Virus record (IMG/VR): IMGVR_UViG_3300021256_000009
Origin: an uncultured virus (IMG/VR IMGVR_UViG_3300021256_000009)
Lineage: Duplodnaviria; Heunggongvirae; Uroviricota; Caudoviricetes
Strand: one strand, 5' to 3'
DNA length: 64,000 nt
The notes under the pieces were generated by a model, which was given only the letters and a program-made list of their open reading frames with translations, searched no databases and had not been told where the DNA came from. How positions within the stretch are numbered: position 1 is the stretch's first letter; each line of letters starts with the position of its first letter. Shown here piece by piece: positions 36,337-44,911 of the stretch. The position numbers and the translations under genes are program-made.

Positions 36337-36765
36337 ATGAAGAAGCTCTGGGGGCGCTATGCCGTCGGTGATGACGGGAACGTGTACAGTGACGGGATGG
36401 CATTGGCGGCTATCGATGGTATCGGTGTGAACCTGGGCGGGAAGCGCGTGAAGGTCGCGTACCTGGTGGCCCGGGCGTTCGTGCCGAATGCGGAGTGCCG
36501 GCAGTATGTGCGGCACAAGAACGGAGATGTGACGGATAACCGGGCGGAGAACCTGGAGTGGAGTGACGAGAAGGAGGAGAAGCGCAGGGGTCGGAAGGCG
36601 TGTGTGTGCTGGTGTAGGGCCTGGAACCTGGACGGCGAGGTGGTAGGTACCTGGCGTACGGTGAGCGAAGCCGCCGAGGCGTGCGGTGTGAAGGCGGACG
36701 CGGTGAGGCGGGCGGTAAACGGTAGGCAGAAGATTGTAGGTGGACTTCTTTTTAGAAAGATATGA
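36337..36765 (+). CDS. HNH endonuclease (HNH_3 plus NUMOD1)
   Basis: LVARAFVPN...VRHKNGDVTDNRAENLEW; TVSEAAEACGV. Confidence 0.85.
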   Translation: MKKLWGRYAVGDDGNVYSDGMALAAIDGIGVNLGGKRVKVAYLVARAFVPNAECRQYVRHKNGDVTDNRAENLEWSDEKEEKRRGRKACVCWCRAWNLDGEVVGTWRTVSEAAEACGVKADAVRRAVNGRQKIVGGLLFRKI

Positions 36766-37475
36766 GAAAGGTTGTGTTATTGGTGGCCTGCATGTTGTGC
36801 ATGGCTTCCTGCGCCGTGAAGGAGAGTAGCGACGCGAAAATGGTTAAAGTGATGATCAAGGTTGGCGGCGTCCATAGTGGAACGATGGGGACAAGGGCGA
36901 CAGCATCTGATGTAGAGTCGGCGATTCATGAAGGTGCTCCGGACTTGACTGGCCTCCCGCTGGTGATTGCTGTTGGAAACAGCGTGAAGCAGTACGCGAA
37001 GGTCGGCGATGTGGTTACTTTGCTTGAGGGCGAATACCGGTTTTATGGTCAGTCAGAAGACGAGGAGGTGATGAAGCTTGGTGGCTACGGAGTATATGAG
37101 AGTCCGAGTTTCGTGTTCGACGCCCAGGTTGATGTCGCAGAGGGAATGACGGAGGTGATTATTCCAGCGTCTTACACCTGCTGGGCTCTGGCTTTGGATT
37201 ATAGCGAGCTCGAGTCGGTGGTGCTTGACGGTAACGAGGAAGATGTGTCTAGCAAGGAAGGTATTGGCCTGCTTTATGTAAGCACAGAGGACAGGGGTAG
37301 CGCCTGGGATCTACGCGTTATTCCGAGAAATTTAAGCAAGTACAAGGCTGTGGATTACAGGATAAGCGGCAATGAGGCCGGCAAGTGGTATTACTATGGT
37401 CCGAAAGGCCGAGTTGATGTCGGAGGGATGCTTCAGATCGGTCTTCCTGATTGGGAATACGGCGGAGGGTTTTGA
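36762..37475 (+). CDS. Lipoprotein
   Basis: Signal peptide with lipobox MAS-C; GTRA motif. Confidence 0.75.
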   Translation: MRKVVLLVACMLCMASCAVKESSDAKMVKVMIKVGGVHSGTMGTRATASDVESAIHEGAPDLTGLPLVIAVGNSVKQYAKVGDVVTLLEGEYRFYGQSEDEEVMKLGGYGVYESPSFVFDAQVDVAEGMTEVIIPASYTCWALALDYSELESVVLDGNEEDVSSKEGIGLLYVSTEDRGSAWDLRVIPRNLSKYKAVDYRISGNEAGKWYYYGPKGRVDVGGMLQIGLPDWEYGGGF

Positions 37476-37894
37476 TGGGCAAGAGTGTTTGGAAGGACTG
37501 GATGGACGCGGTGTTGCTCGAGAGGTACGCGAACGAGGAGAACGCTGTGTTGGTGAAGGAGCTCGGTGTCGGTCTGAGGACACTGGAGAGGCATGCCGCG
37601 AAGCTTGGAGTGAGGAAGAGTCCTGAGTTCATGGAGCGAAGGCAGCGTCTCGCGAGCCGTGGTGCGGTGAGGTGGGTCGAATACATGAAGGTAACCGGCC
37701 AGAAGATCCGGAAGAGCCCTGGCGGTCGTCGGTTCGAGAAGGGTCACCGGTTTGACGAGGAGACGGAGGCGAGAAGGGTTAAGGCGATCCGGGACAGGGC
37801 CTGGGATGAGCGAGTTAGGCTGATCAGGGGCTGGACCAGGAAGACCGGTTGGAAGATGGTTGACTATGGTGTTTGCGGAGAAAAGAAAAAGTAG
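37475..37894 (+). CDS. HTH-containing basic protein
   Basis: NAVLVKELGVGLRTLERHAAKLGVRKS; RFEKGH. Confidence 0.7.
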   Translation: MGKSVWKDWMDAVLLERYANEENAVLVKELGVGLRTLERHAAKLGVRKSPEFMERRQRLASRGAVRWVEYMKVTGQKIRKSPGGRRFEKGHRFDEETEARRVKAIRDRAWDERVRLIRGWTRKTGWKMVDYGVCGEKKK

Positions 37895-37902
37895 TATCTT
37901 TG
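37895..37902 (+). promoter_or_regulatory. Bacteroidota -7 element 4 nt before ATG
   Basis: TATCTTTG-TCGC-ATG. Confidence 0.6.
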
Positions 37903-37906
37903 TCGC

Positions 37907-38080
37907 ATGGATTCAGATTTGCGCAAGTTGAGCCGTAAGGAGCTCGAGCGGGAGTTTCAGGCCCGCAAGGCTGCTTTGATTGCTGTTCGTGACGAGATTG
38001 ACCGCCGCGATAGCAAGCCGGTGGCCGATGTGGATTTCTGCGACTATATTGGAGACGGAATAGAGAATGAAAAGTATTAG
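37907..38080 (+). CDS. Small coiled-coil protein
   Basis: 57 aa MDSDLRKLSRKEL...; below track cutoff. Confidence 0.6.
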   Translation: MDSDLRKLSRKELEREFQARKAALIAVRDEIDRRDSKPVADVDFCDYIGDGIENEKY

Positions 38081-38495
38081 AGTCAAGAGATTGGTTCCCG
38101 AGGCTGTTTTGCCGAAGAAGGCTCACGCGAGTGATGCCGGGTTTGACCTGGTGGCCGTCAGCGTAGAGGAGGACCGAAAGCGGGAGATCGTTACATACCA
38201 CACCGGTATTGCGATGGAGATCCCGGAAGGTTACGTCGGTCTGGTTTTCCCGAGAAGCAGTGTCTATAAGCACCAGTTGGTCCTGTCTAACTGCGTCGGC
38301 GTGATCGACAGCGGCTATCGCGGTGAGATTCTGCTTAAGTACCGCGTTATGCAGCCTCATATCAGCCGTTACTGCAGCGGAGACCGCGTCGGCCAGATTG
38401 TGATTGTCGCTTTGCCGGAGTTCGAGATGGTAGAGTCGGACGATCTTAGCGATAGTGATCGCGGCGAAGGCTGTTATGGTAGCACGGGTAGATAG
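38067..38495 (+). CDS. dut: dUTPase (trimeric)
   Basis: AGFDL, PRSS, GVIDSGYRGEI, GDRVGQ and RGEG.YGSTG motifs. Confidence 0.95.
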   Translation: MKSIRVKRLVPEAVLPKKAHASDAGFDLVAVSVEEDRKREIVTYHTGIAMEIPEGYVGLVFPRSSVYKHQLVLSNCVGVIDSGYRGEILLKYRVMQPHISRYCSGDRVGQIVIVALPEFEMVESDDLSDSDRGEGCYGSTGR

Positions 38496-38511
38496 TGGCA
38501 CGGGATTTGCA
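38496..38511 (+). promoter_or_regulatory. Sigma54-type -24/-12 promoter motif (exact consensus)
   Basis: TGGCACG-GGAT-TTGCA immediately after the dut stop, upstream of ATG 38549. Confidence 0.7.
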
Positions 38512-38548
38512 AGCGAGTCCGAATGTTTTAAGGTTAAGTTTTTGTCAT

Positions 38549-38848
38549 ATGAGTAAGTTCAAGTGTGGCCAGCATGTCTGGCTTTTCAACAGCCTCTCGA
38601 TGCGTATCGAGGAGGATGATGTGTACGGCGCTTTGTATGTGCCCGTTCCGGTGGAAGGAGTCCAGCAGGACAGCGGCAAGAGCATTGCCGAGAAGCTGGA
38701 GGCCGGCCAGATGAAGGTGCAGGAGCAGTATCAGCTGTGCGGTCATCAGGGAATCGTCGACGCCGAGGTTCTGTTCGCTAGCCGCGAGGAGTGCGTCGCC
38801 TGGTATAAGGAGTTCTTCGACCGTGGCGGTGCCTTCGTAGGCGAATAG
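38549..38848 (+). CDS. Hypothetical protein
   Basis: KFKCGQHVW...VLFASREE; resembles 49888. Confidence 0.75.
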   Translation: MSKFKCGQHVWLFNSLSMRIEEDDVYGALYVPVPVEGVQQDSGKSIAEKLEAGQMKVQEQYQLCGHQGIVDAEVLFASREECVAWYKEFFDRGGAFVGE

Positions 38849-38855
38849 CGGGATT

Positions 38856-38916
38856 TCGCGGGTAGCTCAGTGGCCAGAGCTGTACATGGTCGTGGGTTCG
38901 AATCCCACCCCGCGAG
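38856..38916 (+). ncRNA. tRNA-like RNA lacking the anticodon arm
   Basis: 7-bp acceptor TCGCGGG/CCCGCGA, TA, D-arm GCTC/GAGC, 11-nt linker, T-arm GTGGG-TTCGAAT-CCCAC. Confidence 0.8.
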
Positions 38917-38920
38917 CGAA

Positions 38921-39235
38921 GATTATCCAAACCGCAAATGCCCGGTTAAGGAGCCGGGCGGAGTGAAAAGCTCCTGTAGGATGGATAGTTGTTCTGTTTG
39001 CTAACCAATGACCCTGGTTCGGCGGGAGTTGCGCCAGGGTCCAAAAAACCCGCAGTGATGCGCATAGGACTGAGGTCATTAGTTTTGTGTTTATTAGTTT
39101 GCAAGGGCGGATTCGGAGGGATCCGGGTCCGTCCGCCAGGAGCGCTAAGGGGTACGGCGCGAACGAGAAAATACAGACTGGTCAGACAGGGGGTACCCAC
39201 CTTTCTTCGGAGAGGCCCTGTTTGTCCAGTCTTTT
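38921..39235 (+). ncRNA. Candidate structured RNA array with pseudoknots
   Basis: Multiple G.U-containing stems and two putative pseudoknots. Confidence 0.6.
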
Positions 39236-39258
39236 GTACTGAAAAAACCGCAAGTTTT

Positions 39259-40755
39259 GTGAAGTATGGTGATATCATAGACTATCTATGCTCGACGGCT
39301 GGGCCATCGCTCCAAGACGCCGGCTTGAGCGACGATAGGGTTAATAAGCGGACGGAGGCTCTCATGGCGATGGACTTCCGTAGGTACATTTGCGGCATCG
39401 ACGGGGATGAGGGGAACGATTTCTTCAAGGTGGACGAGGACGGGATGCTCTATGTGTACAACGGCAGGTATTTTGAACTCATGCTGGAGGAGACCTTGCT
39501 TGAGCTGATCATCGTCGTAATGGAGAAATGCAATGTCGGCATCGTATATCGGACCGGCTCGGCGAAAATCATCAAGGATTTCGTGATGAACCGTCTGAAG
39601 GGCGACGAGAGGTGTAAATTCGAGCCGGACAGGCGCTATATTTGCTTCACGAATGGTGTTTTGGACCTGAAGACGATGCGTTTGATGCCGTTTTCGGTGA
39701 AGTATAAGACGGATATTGTCCTGGATTTCGACTATGTTGCCAGTGCCAAATCGGCATTGTGGGACAAGGTTTTGGGCCAGACGGTTCCTGACGAGAGCAT
39801 GAGGGAGACATTCCACCAGTTTTGCGGGTGTTTCCTGGCGGACCGGAAGGAATACAAGATCGAGTACATCTGCTTCGTGGTCGGCGAAGGCCAGAACGGC
39901 AAGAGTATCATCTGCAAGGCCGTAATCAACATGCTTGGACACGATGTAGCGAGCTCATATTCTCCCGAGCAGCTGTTCAAGAGTTCCCAGATGGAGTACC
40001 ATCTTGCTGATGTCAATGGAAAGGTCGTGAATTACTGCGACGAGGTGTCGAACAAGGACTTTTCCGGCGGCGATTTCAAGCAATTCGTATCCGGCGGCGC
40101 CTTCACGGGCCGTCATCCATACTCAAAGAGACCTACGAAGGTGGACAAGATTCCTCTGATGTTGTGTTGCGCGAACAAGATTCCGCCGACGACAGACGAC
40201 ACAGAGGGGTATTTCCGCCGTTTTTTGATTATATTGGCTCCGAATCACATTGATGACCGCGACAAGGACCCGATGCTAGAGATGAAGTTGAAGGCTCCGG
40301 AGGTGAAGTCTGCGATTTTCAGCTGGATGCTGGAAGGGTACAAGACTTTCATAGCGAACGAGGGGAAGATTGACATTGCTTCCGCCGTGAAGGAGGTTGT
40401 CGAGGAGATGAAGGAGAATTCGAACTCTTTGCGCCGCTGGATCTCGACCATGGGCTATGTAGCCGCTGAGGATCCGGAGAGTTGGAGTGCCCCCGGGTGG
40501 AAATCCCTCAAGGAATGGGTCCAGGAGTATATCAACTACTGCAAGGATTGGGGTGAAACGCCTCGCTCTCGCTCGGCGGTTACCGAGATGTTCAAGAAGA
40601 TGGGAGTGTTGAGCAAGAGAAGGACCGATGGTGTGTGGTACTACATGGAGCAGCGGGCCGTGGAGGTGGAAAAAGAGGAGAAGGAGAAGAGCTCTGTGAA
40701 GACTGCGCTTGAAGACCTGCCTCCAGAGGATGATATGGAAAATCTGCCGTTCTGA
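39259..40755 (+). CDS. P4/D5-family SF3 helicase (primase-associated)
   Basis: ICFTNGVLDL (D5_N-like), GEGQNGKS Walker A, NYCDE Walker B, CAN..P...D...YFRR; start GTG 39259 or ATG 39364. Confidence 0.88.
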   Translation: MKYGDIIDYLCSTAGPSLQDAGLSDDRVNKRTEALMAMDFRRYICGIDGDEGNDFFKVDEDGMLYVYNGRYFELMLEETLLELIIVVMEKCNVGIVYRTGSAKIIKDFVMNRLKGDERCKFEPDRRYICFTNGVLDLKTMRLMPFSVKYKTDIVLDFDYVASAKSALWDKVLGQTVPDESMRETFHQFCGCFLADRKEYKIEYICFVVGEGQNGKSIICKAVINMLGHDVASSYSPEQLFKSSQMEYHLADVNGKVVNYCDEVSNKDFSGGDFKQFVSGGAFTGRHPYSKRPTKVDKIPLMLCCANKIPPTTDDTEGYFRRFLIILAPNHIDDRDKDPMLEMKLKAPEVKSAIFSWMLEGYKTFIANEGKIDIASAVKEVVEEMKENSNSLRRWISTMGYVAAEDPESWSAPGWKSLKEWVQEYINYCKDWGETPRSRSAVTEMFKKMGVLSKRRTDGVWYYMEQRAVEVEKEEKEKSSVKTALEDLPPEDDMENLPF

Positions 40756-40756
40756 T

Positions 40757-41668
40757 ATGGGAAAGGAAGACAAATACCGTGGAATGTATGATCCGGTGGC
40801 GACGATGCAGAATGTGCCGGCGCTGCTCGGGATGGAACTGGTCAAACATGGCCAGGGACTGCAGGGCGGGTACTACTTGAATGGAGACCGCCATGCCTAT
40901 AGAAGGGATAAGTTAAAGGTTTTCATCAGCCGTGGCTGCATCTGGGTGAGTGAGGAGGGGGGACGTTGCGTGTCACTTCCTCAGTGGTTGATCGAGTTCG
41001 GAGGCGCAAGCGATTTCAAGGATGCGCTGAGGATTATCAACGGGAAGCCCCAGGCAATCGAGTGGAACCGCGAGTTCCGAGAGAAGGTTGCTCCGAAGGT
41101 GCAGTATGTGTCACCTGATGTGCTGGAAGGAGCGAAGCAGTATCCTTTAGAGAGCTGCACGTTGTTCCGGTGGATGGCGCGTCTTTTTGGGGATGATAAG
41201 GTCCGGAAGGTTTGGAATGCATACAATGTCACCGCGACAAGCAAAGGAGGCGCATGCTTCTGGTATCTGAATCCGTCTGGGCAGATATGCCACGATAAAA
41301 TCGTATTTTATGGAGAAGACGGCCACCGTATAAAGACCATGCCAATGGGAAGGAAATATAGGATTGGCGACGGCTATACGGAAAACCCTATGTTTGGGAG
41401 CCATTTCAAGAACAAGCCGAAGGGAATACTGGAGTCCGAAAAGAGTGCGTTGATGGCCTCTTGCTACTACGGAGGCGTATGGCTTGCAACTGGTGGGAAG
41501 GGAAATTTGAGAGACCCTGGCGGAATTCCCCTTTACGCAGATAGGGATGCAGAGGAAATATGGTCCGCGAAGGGTGACTGCGTTGACTGGTACAGTGACT
41601 GGCCGGAATGTGGAGAACACAGCGATTTGGGTGATAAAATTGAATGGCTATGTGTATCTGGCCGGTAA
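40757..41668 (+). CDS. Primase-like protein (DUF6371/Toprim-like)
   Basis: FWY.N..G.ICHDK..Y..DGHR, ILESEKSAL, WLATGG, YADRD, DLGD. Confidence 0.7.
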   Translation: MGKEDKYRGMYDPVATMQNVPALLGMELVKHGQGLQGGYYLNGDRHAYRRDKLKVFISRGCIWVSEEGGRCVSLPQWLIEFGGASDFKDALRIINGKPQAIEWNREFREKVAPKVQYVSPDVLEGAKQYPLESCTLFRWMARLFGDDKVRKVWNAYNVTATSKGGACFWYLNPSGQICHDKIVFYGEDGHRIKTMPMGRKYRIGDGYTENPMFGSHFKNKPKGILESEKSALMASCYYGGVWLATGGKGNLRDPGGIPLYADRDAEEIWSAKGDCVDWYSDWPECGEHSDLGDKIEWLCVSGR

Positions 41669-42018
41669 AAGCCTCTGAAAGGCAGTGCAGGTATTGTACT
41701 TATGTCGGATGCGAGCGTCATGCAAACAGGTTAAAGGACAAGAGGGCGAACAGGTATGTGAAGGTGATGTCCGATATAGTTGGGGCGAACATATTGCTCA
41801 AGTCCAGGAAGCAAATCCTTGTATGGGCGCGTAACATGGTCGCATATCAGCTCCGGCTTGACGGCTATTCTCTTCCTGCGATAGGTAGGCTGCTTGACCT
41901 GGACCATTCAACGGTTGTGCATTGCGAGCAACAGGTTAGAAGGATGCTCTTGGCGCCGTCGATGTATGAGGACGAGGCGGAAGTTTGGGAAGAATTCCAG
42001 AAACAATTAAATCAATAG
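41644..42018 (+). CDS. DnaA domain IV-like HTH protein
   Basis: SRKQ..VWAR..VAY...YSLPAIGRLL..DHSTVVH. Confidence 0.8.
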   Translation: MAMCIWPVKASERQCRYCTYVGCERHANRLKDKRANRYVKVMSDIVGANILLKSRKQILVWARNMVAYQLRLDGYSLPAIGRLLDLDHSTVVHCEQQVRRMLLAPSMYEDEAEVWEEFQKQLNQ

Positions 42019-42022
42019 CGTT

Positions 42023-42517
42023 ATGAAAAAGATTTGGACAAAGATTGTCAAATGGTGGTACTTCCACATTGCAAACCCCGTTGTGCGCAAAGGCGAGGCC
42101 GGCGGGTTTCGTTGGACCTTTCGCAGATTCTGGCTTGACATTACAACAGTCAGCGGGAACTTTAAGGTTCGTTTCATTGCCGACGAAAACCCGTACGGAT
42201 ACCTCGCAGCCGGGAAAGACGACACGAACATTCACGGATTCGCACGGATAATGTACGAGATTGGCAAGCTGCTGACGACTGATCAAGAATTTGTAGATGA
42301 TGTGACGAATGCCATCGTGAACTACAATAGTCGTCTCGAGAAGCAGGCGGCTGGTGATGTTGTAGATGACGAGACAGAAGAGAATATTGCGCTCGAGACG
42401 GAGAAGCAGATCCAGGAAGTGGTGGAGATGCCTAAGAAGGAGAGACGAAAGTACGAGCGCGGAGTCGACGGTCGTTTCAAAAAGGCCGTGAAGGAGGCGG
42501 CGAAGAATGAAGCGTAG
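42023..42517 (+). CDS. Hypothetical protein
   Basis: Operon packing. Confidence 0.75.
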   Translation: MKKIWTKIVKWWYFHIANPVVRKGEAGGFRWTFRRFWLDITTVSGNFKVRFIADENPYGYLAAGKDDTNIHGFARIMYEIGKLLTTDQEFVDDVTNAIVNYNSRLEKQAAGDVVDDETEENIALETEKQIQEVVEMPKKERRKYERGVDGRFKKAVKEAAKNEA

Positions 42518-42827
42518 AGTGGCGCATAAAAAAAATAAGGCGTTGCTGGATCTTTCGCTTGTATGCGAGCGCATAGCAATCAATGTCATTGATAAGGTGT
42601 CCTATGCCTTCCATTTGCAGAGAGACATCGACGAATACAACCGCTTTCTTGGCGATTTGCTTATTATGCTTAGTAAGGGGGAGCCGCAATGCGTTATTGA
42701 ACATTCCATACAAGGTGATGAAAAGATGGGATGGATTTGGGATAATGTTCTCAAACTCATAAAGGAAAACAAGGAACTTAAGGCCAAACTAGCATTGGCC
42801 CAGGATTTGCAAGAGAAGCAGGCATGA
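42507..42827 (+). CDS. Hypothetical protein
   Basis: Operon packing. Confidence 0.65.
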   Translation: MKRRVAHKKNKALLDLSLVCERIAINVIDKVSYAFHLQRDIDEYNRFLGDLLIMLSKGEPQCVIEHSIQGDEKMGWIWDNVLKLIKENKELKAKLALAQDLQEKQA

Positions 42828-42848
42828 CCTCTCGGCATAGATTTTGAA
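42796..42848 (+). promoter_or_regulatory. Two tandem sigma54-type motifs
   Basis: TGGCCCA-GGAT-TTGCA (42796) and CGGCATA-GATT-TTGAA (42833) upstream of ATG 42873. Confidence 0.55.
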
Positions 42849-42872
42849 GACATTTACGGAAAAAAGTAATAC

Positions 42873-43439
42873 ATGAAAAACGGAACACTTAATTTCAAGA
42901 AGGATTTCCAGCTCTGGAAAGCTTGTGCGAATGATCTGATTCGCCCCGTGATGGAGTACATCCTGTTTAAGGATGGTTACGCCTATGCGTCTGACGCGCA
43001 TGTCCTGGTCCGTGTACCGCTGGAGGAATGCACGACATTCGAAGAAGGCCAGCGTGCGCTTCTGGATGACTGCCTCATCCATAAGTCGATTCTCAAGTAC
43101 ATCGTCGGGTTTGACATTGTCCTTGTCGAAAAGAACGACGATGGGACCGTGTGTCTCAAGGTTCGCGAAGGCGAGAACACTATCACGGTGCAGCTCGGAA
43201 AGAATGGGGATCCTATCAAGTACCCTAACGCCGAAGAGATTCTGAAAGGTTCGAAAGACCGCACTCCTGTCCAGAAAATCGGATTCAATCCGAAATTTAT
43301 CGCCTCACTGACGGCAGCCCTCGGCACAGACCTTCTCAAGTTCGAGTTCGCTAGTGAGAAATCCGCCGTTTTTGTGCGCCCCGTTAGTGCATTCAGTAAC
43401 GCTGTCGGCGTTATTATGCCGATTGTGACAACCGAGTAA
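42873..43439 (+). CDS. Beta-clamp-like protein
   Basis: D.IRP.M..I.F......ASDAHVL, KYPN, IGFNPKFI. Confidence 0.6.
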   Translation: MKNGTLNFKKDFQLWKACANDLIRPVMEYILFKDGYAYASDAHVLVRVPLEECTTFEEGQRALLDDCLIHKSILKYIVGFDIVLVEKNDDGTVCLKVREGENTITVQLGKNGDPIKYPNAEEILKGSKDRTPVQKIGFNPKFIASLTAALGTDLLKFEFASEKSAVFVRPVSAFSNAVGVIMPIVTTE

Positions 43440-43442
43440 GTT

Positions 43443-43994
43443 ATGGAAGATCAGAGAAATATTCATTACCGCAAAGGTGGAAAGCTCACACACTGCGGCG
43501 TCGAGTGTCTCCCCGAGGGGAAAGACATCGAGAGAATTATCATTGCTCGTATCGAGTACAAGGAGAGCGAAATGATCAACGGTAGGACTGAGAATGGCGT
43601 ATGGATTGCGCATTTCGCGCCGAACCCGTATACGACACTTCCGATGTTGCTTAATGCGACGAATCGGAAGCGTCTGGTGAAGCAGTTTCCTGAGTGCGAC
43701 GGATATCCTGCACGCCTTGAAAACATCGCTGTCCGTCTCACGAAGGAGCGCACTCGTGATGTGCAGGACGGTGGCGAGACATGGGGGCTTCGTATCAGCA
43801 AGCTTCCTGCGGCGCCGGAGCAGTCCCCTGCCCCGGCTCAGCGGAAGGTAATCCAGGAGGACCAGGTGCAGACGGTCGTTGACTGGGCGAAGAAGAACGG
43901 AAAGACTATTGACGACATAGCCGCGCTTTACGATTTCGCTTCCGAAACCGTGAAGAACGCTATTGCGGATGCATTGGAAGATTTACCTGAATAG
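43443..43994 (+). CDS. Hypothetical protein, possible ssDNA-annealing partner of the exonuclease
   Basis: Position immediately upstream of the YqaJ exonuclease. Confidence 0.5.
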   Translation: MEDQRNIHYRKGGKLTHCGVECLPEGKDIERIIIARIEYKESEMINGRTENGVWIAHFAPNPYTTLPMLLNATNRKRLVKQFPECDGYPARLENIAVRLTKERTRDVQDGGETWGLRISKLPAAPEQSPAPAQRKVIQEDQVQTVVDWAKKNGKTIDDIAALYDFASETVKNAIADALEDLPE

Positions 43995-43997
43995 CAT

Positions 43998-44723
43998 ATG
44001 GACAAAGAACAGAAATGGCTCCAGAAGAGGCTGGGCATGATTACGGCCAGCGAGCTTGGCCAGATTACGAGCGCGAGCGGAAAGATCATTGACGGTAACC
44101 TTTCTTATATCCGGGCAAAGCGCTGGGAGAGGAAGCACGGATTTACTCACCCTGTATCTGCCCGTGCTATGGAGATCGGCAACGAGCAGGAACCGATGAT
44201 TTTTCAGTGGGCCGTCGAGAACCTTGGGCTCGGCGAGTTGATCTATTCGAAGGATCTTCCGGAAATCCCTTTCTGGATTGCCACGGATTGCCCGGTAGGC
44301 GCCAGTCCGGATGCTTTCACTCCTGACAATAAGATTGTGCTCGAGTTTAAAACTCTGGTTGGAGCGACATCTATCGAGTTCTTCGGTGACGAGTACACAT
44401 CATACGAGGAGAAGAAGCTTGCCGTATGGAAAGACCACGGAGACCAGATTCTTGGCCAGTTTATCTCGAATTCTTCCGTTGAGGAGATCTGGCTTATCAA
44501 GTACATTTACCAGGACGACGACATCATCAAGGACACCGACTCTCCTCTCGCTCCTTGGAGAGGGATAGTATTTAAGTTTGCAAGGCAGGATTACGAGGCG
44601 TCTATCGACGAGATGAAGCATCGGATTCTTCTGTTTGACAAGATGATTGACGCCAAGGTCAATCCTGCAGATTTCAAGAAAGGTGAATGGTCCGTAGTGG
44701 ACGGAAAGCTTATCAAATTATGA
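43998..44723 (+). CDS. YqaJ/lambda-type exonuclease
   Basis: WLQKRLG.ITAS, G.EQEP, GASPD, LEFK. Confidence 0.88.
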   Translation: MDKEQKWLQKRLGMITASELGQITSASGKIIDGNLSYIRAKRWERKHGFTHPVSARAMEIGNEQEPMIFQWAVENLGLGELIYSKDLPEIPFWIATDCPVGASPDAFTPDNKIVLEFKTLVGATSIEFFGDEYTSYEEKKLAVWKDHGDQILGQFISNSSVEEIWLIKYIYQDDDIIKDTDSPLAPWRGIVFKFARQDYEASIDEMKHRILLFDKMIDAKVNPADFKKGEWSVVDGKLIKL

Positions 44724-44911
44724 GTGTAAAGACGGCGAACGACATTATGAACATGGACGGATGCATTATCCGTGATGAGCGCGGTGGTGCATTGGCGAGA
44801 ATCGAAGAGAATGACGGTGTCCTCGTCGTGCATAAGTTCACCTCTTGTTCTCTCGGAATGTATTTCTATATTCTCAGTTATCTTCGTGATCTCGGATTCA
44901 AGTGTGAATGA
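44720..44911 (+). CDS. Small hypothetical protein
   Basis: ATGA overlaps. Confidence 0.65.
   Translation: MSVKTANDIMNMDGCIIRDERGGALARIEENDGVLVVHKFTSCSLGMYFYILSYLRDLGFKCE

Noticed and set aside
38917..38990. HDV-like (theta) ribozyme after the tRNA-like elements
   Set aside because: Could not fit the nested double-pseudoknot pattern at either 3' trailer by eye.
39142..39232. Pistol ribozyme
   Set aside because: Topology is loosely similar, but the conserved junction nucleotides are not evident.
38989..39258. 90-aa N-terminal extension of the helicase in the ORF track
   Set aside because: Starts at TTG, has unprotein-like composition and overlaps strong RNA stems; GTG 39259 or ATG 39364 is more plausible.
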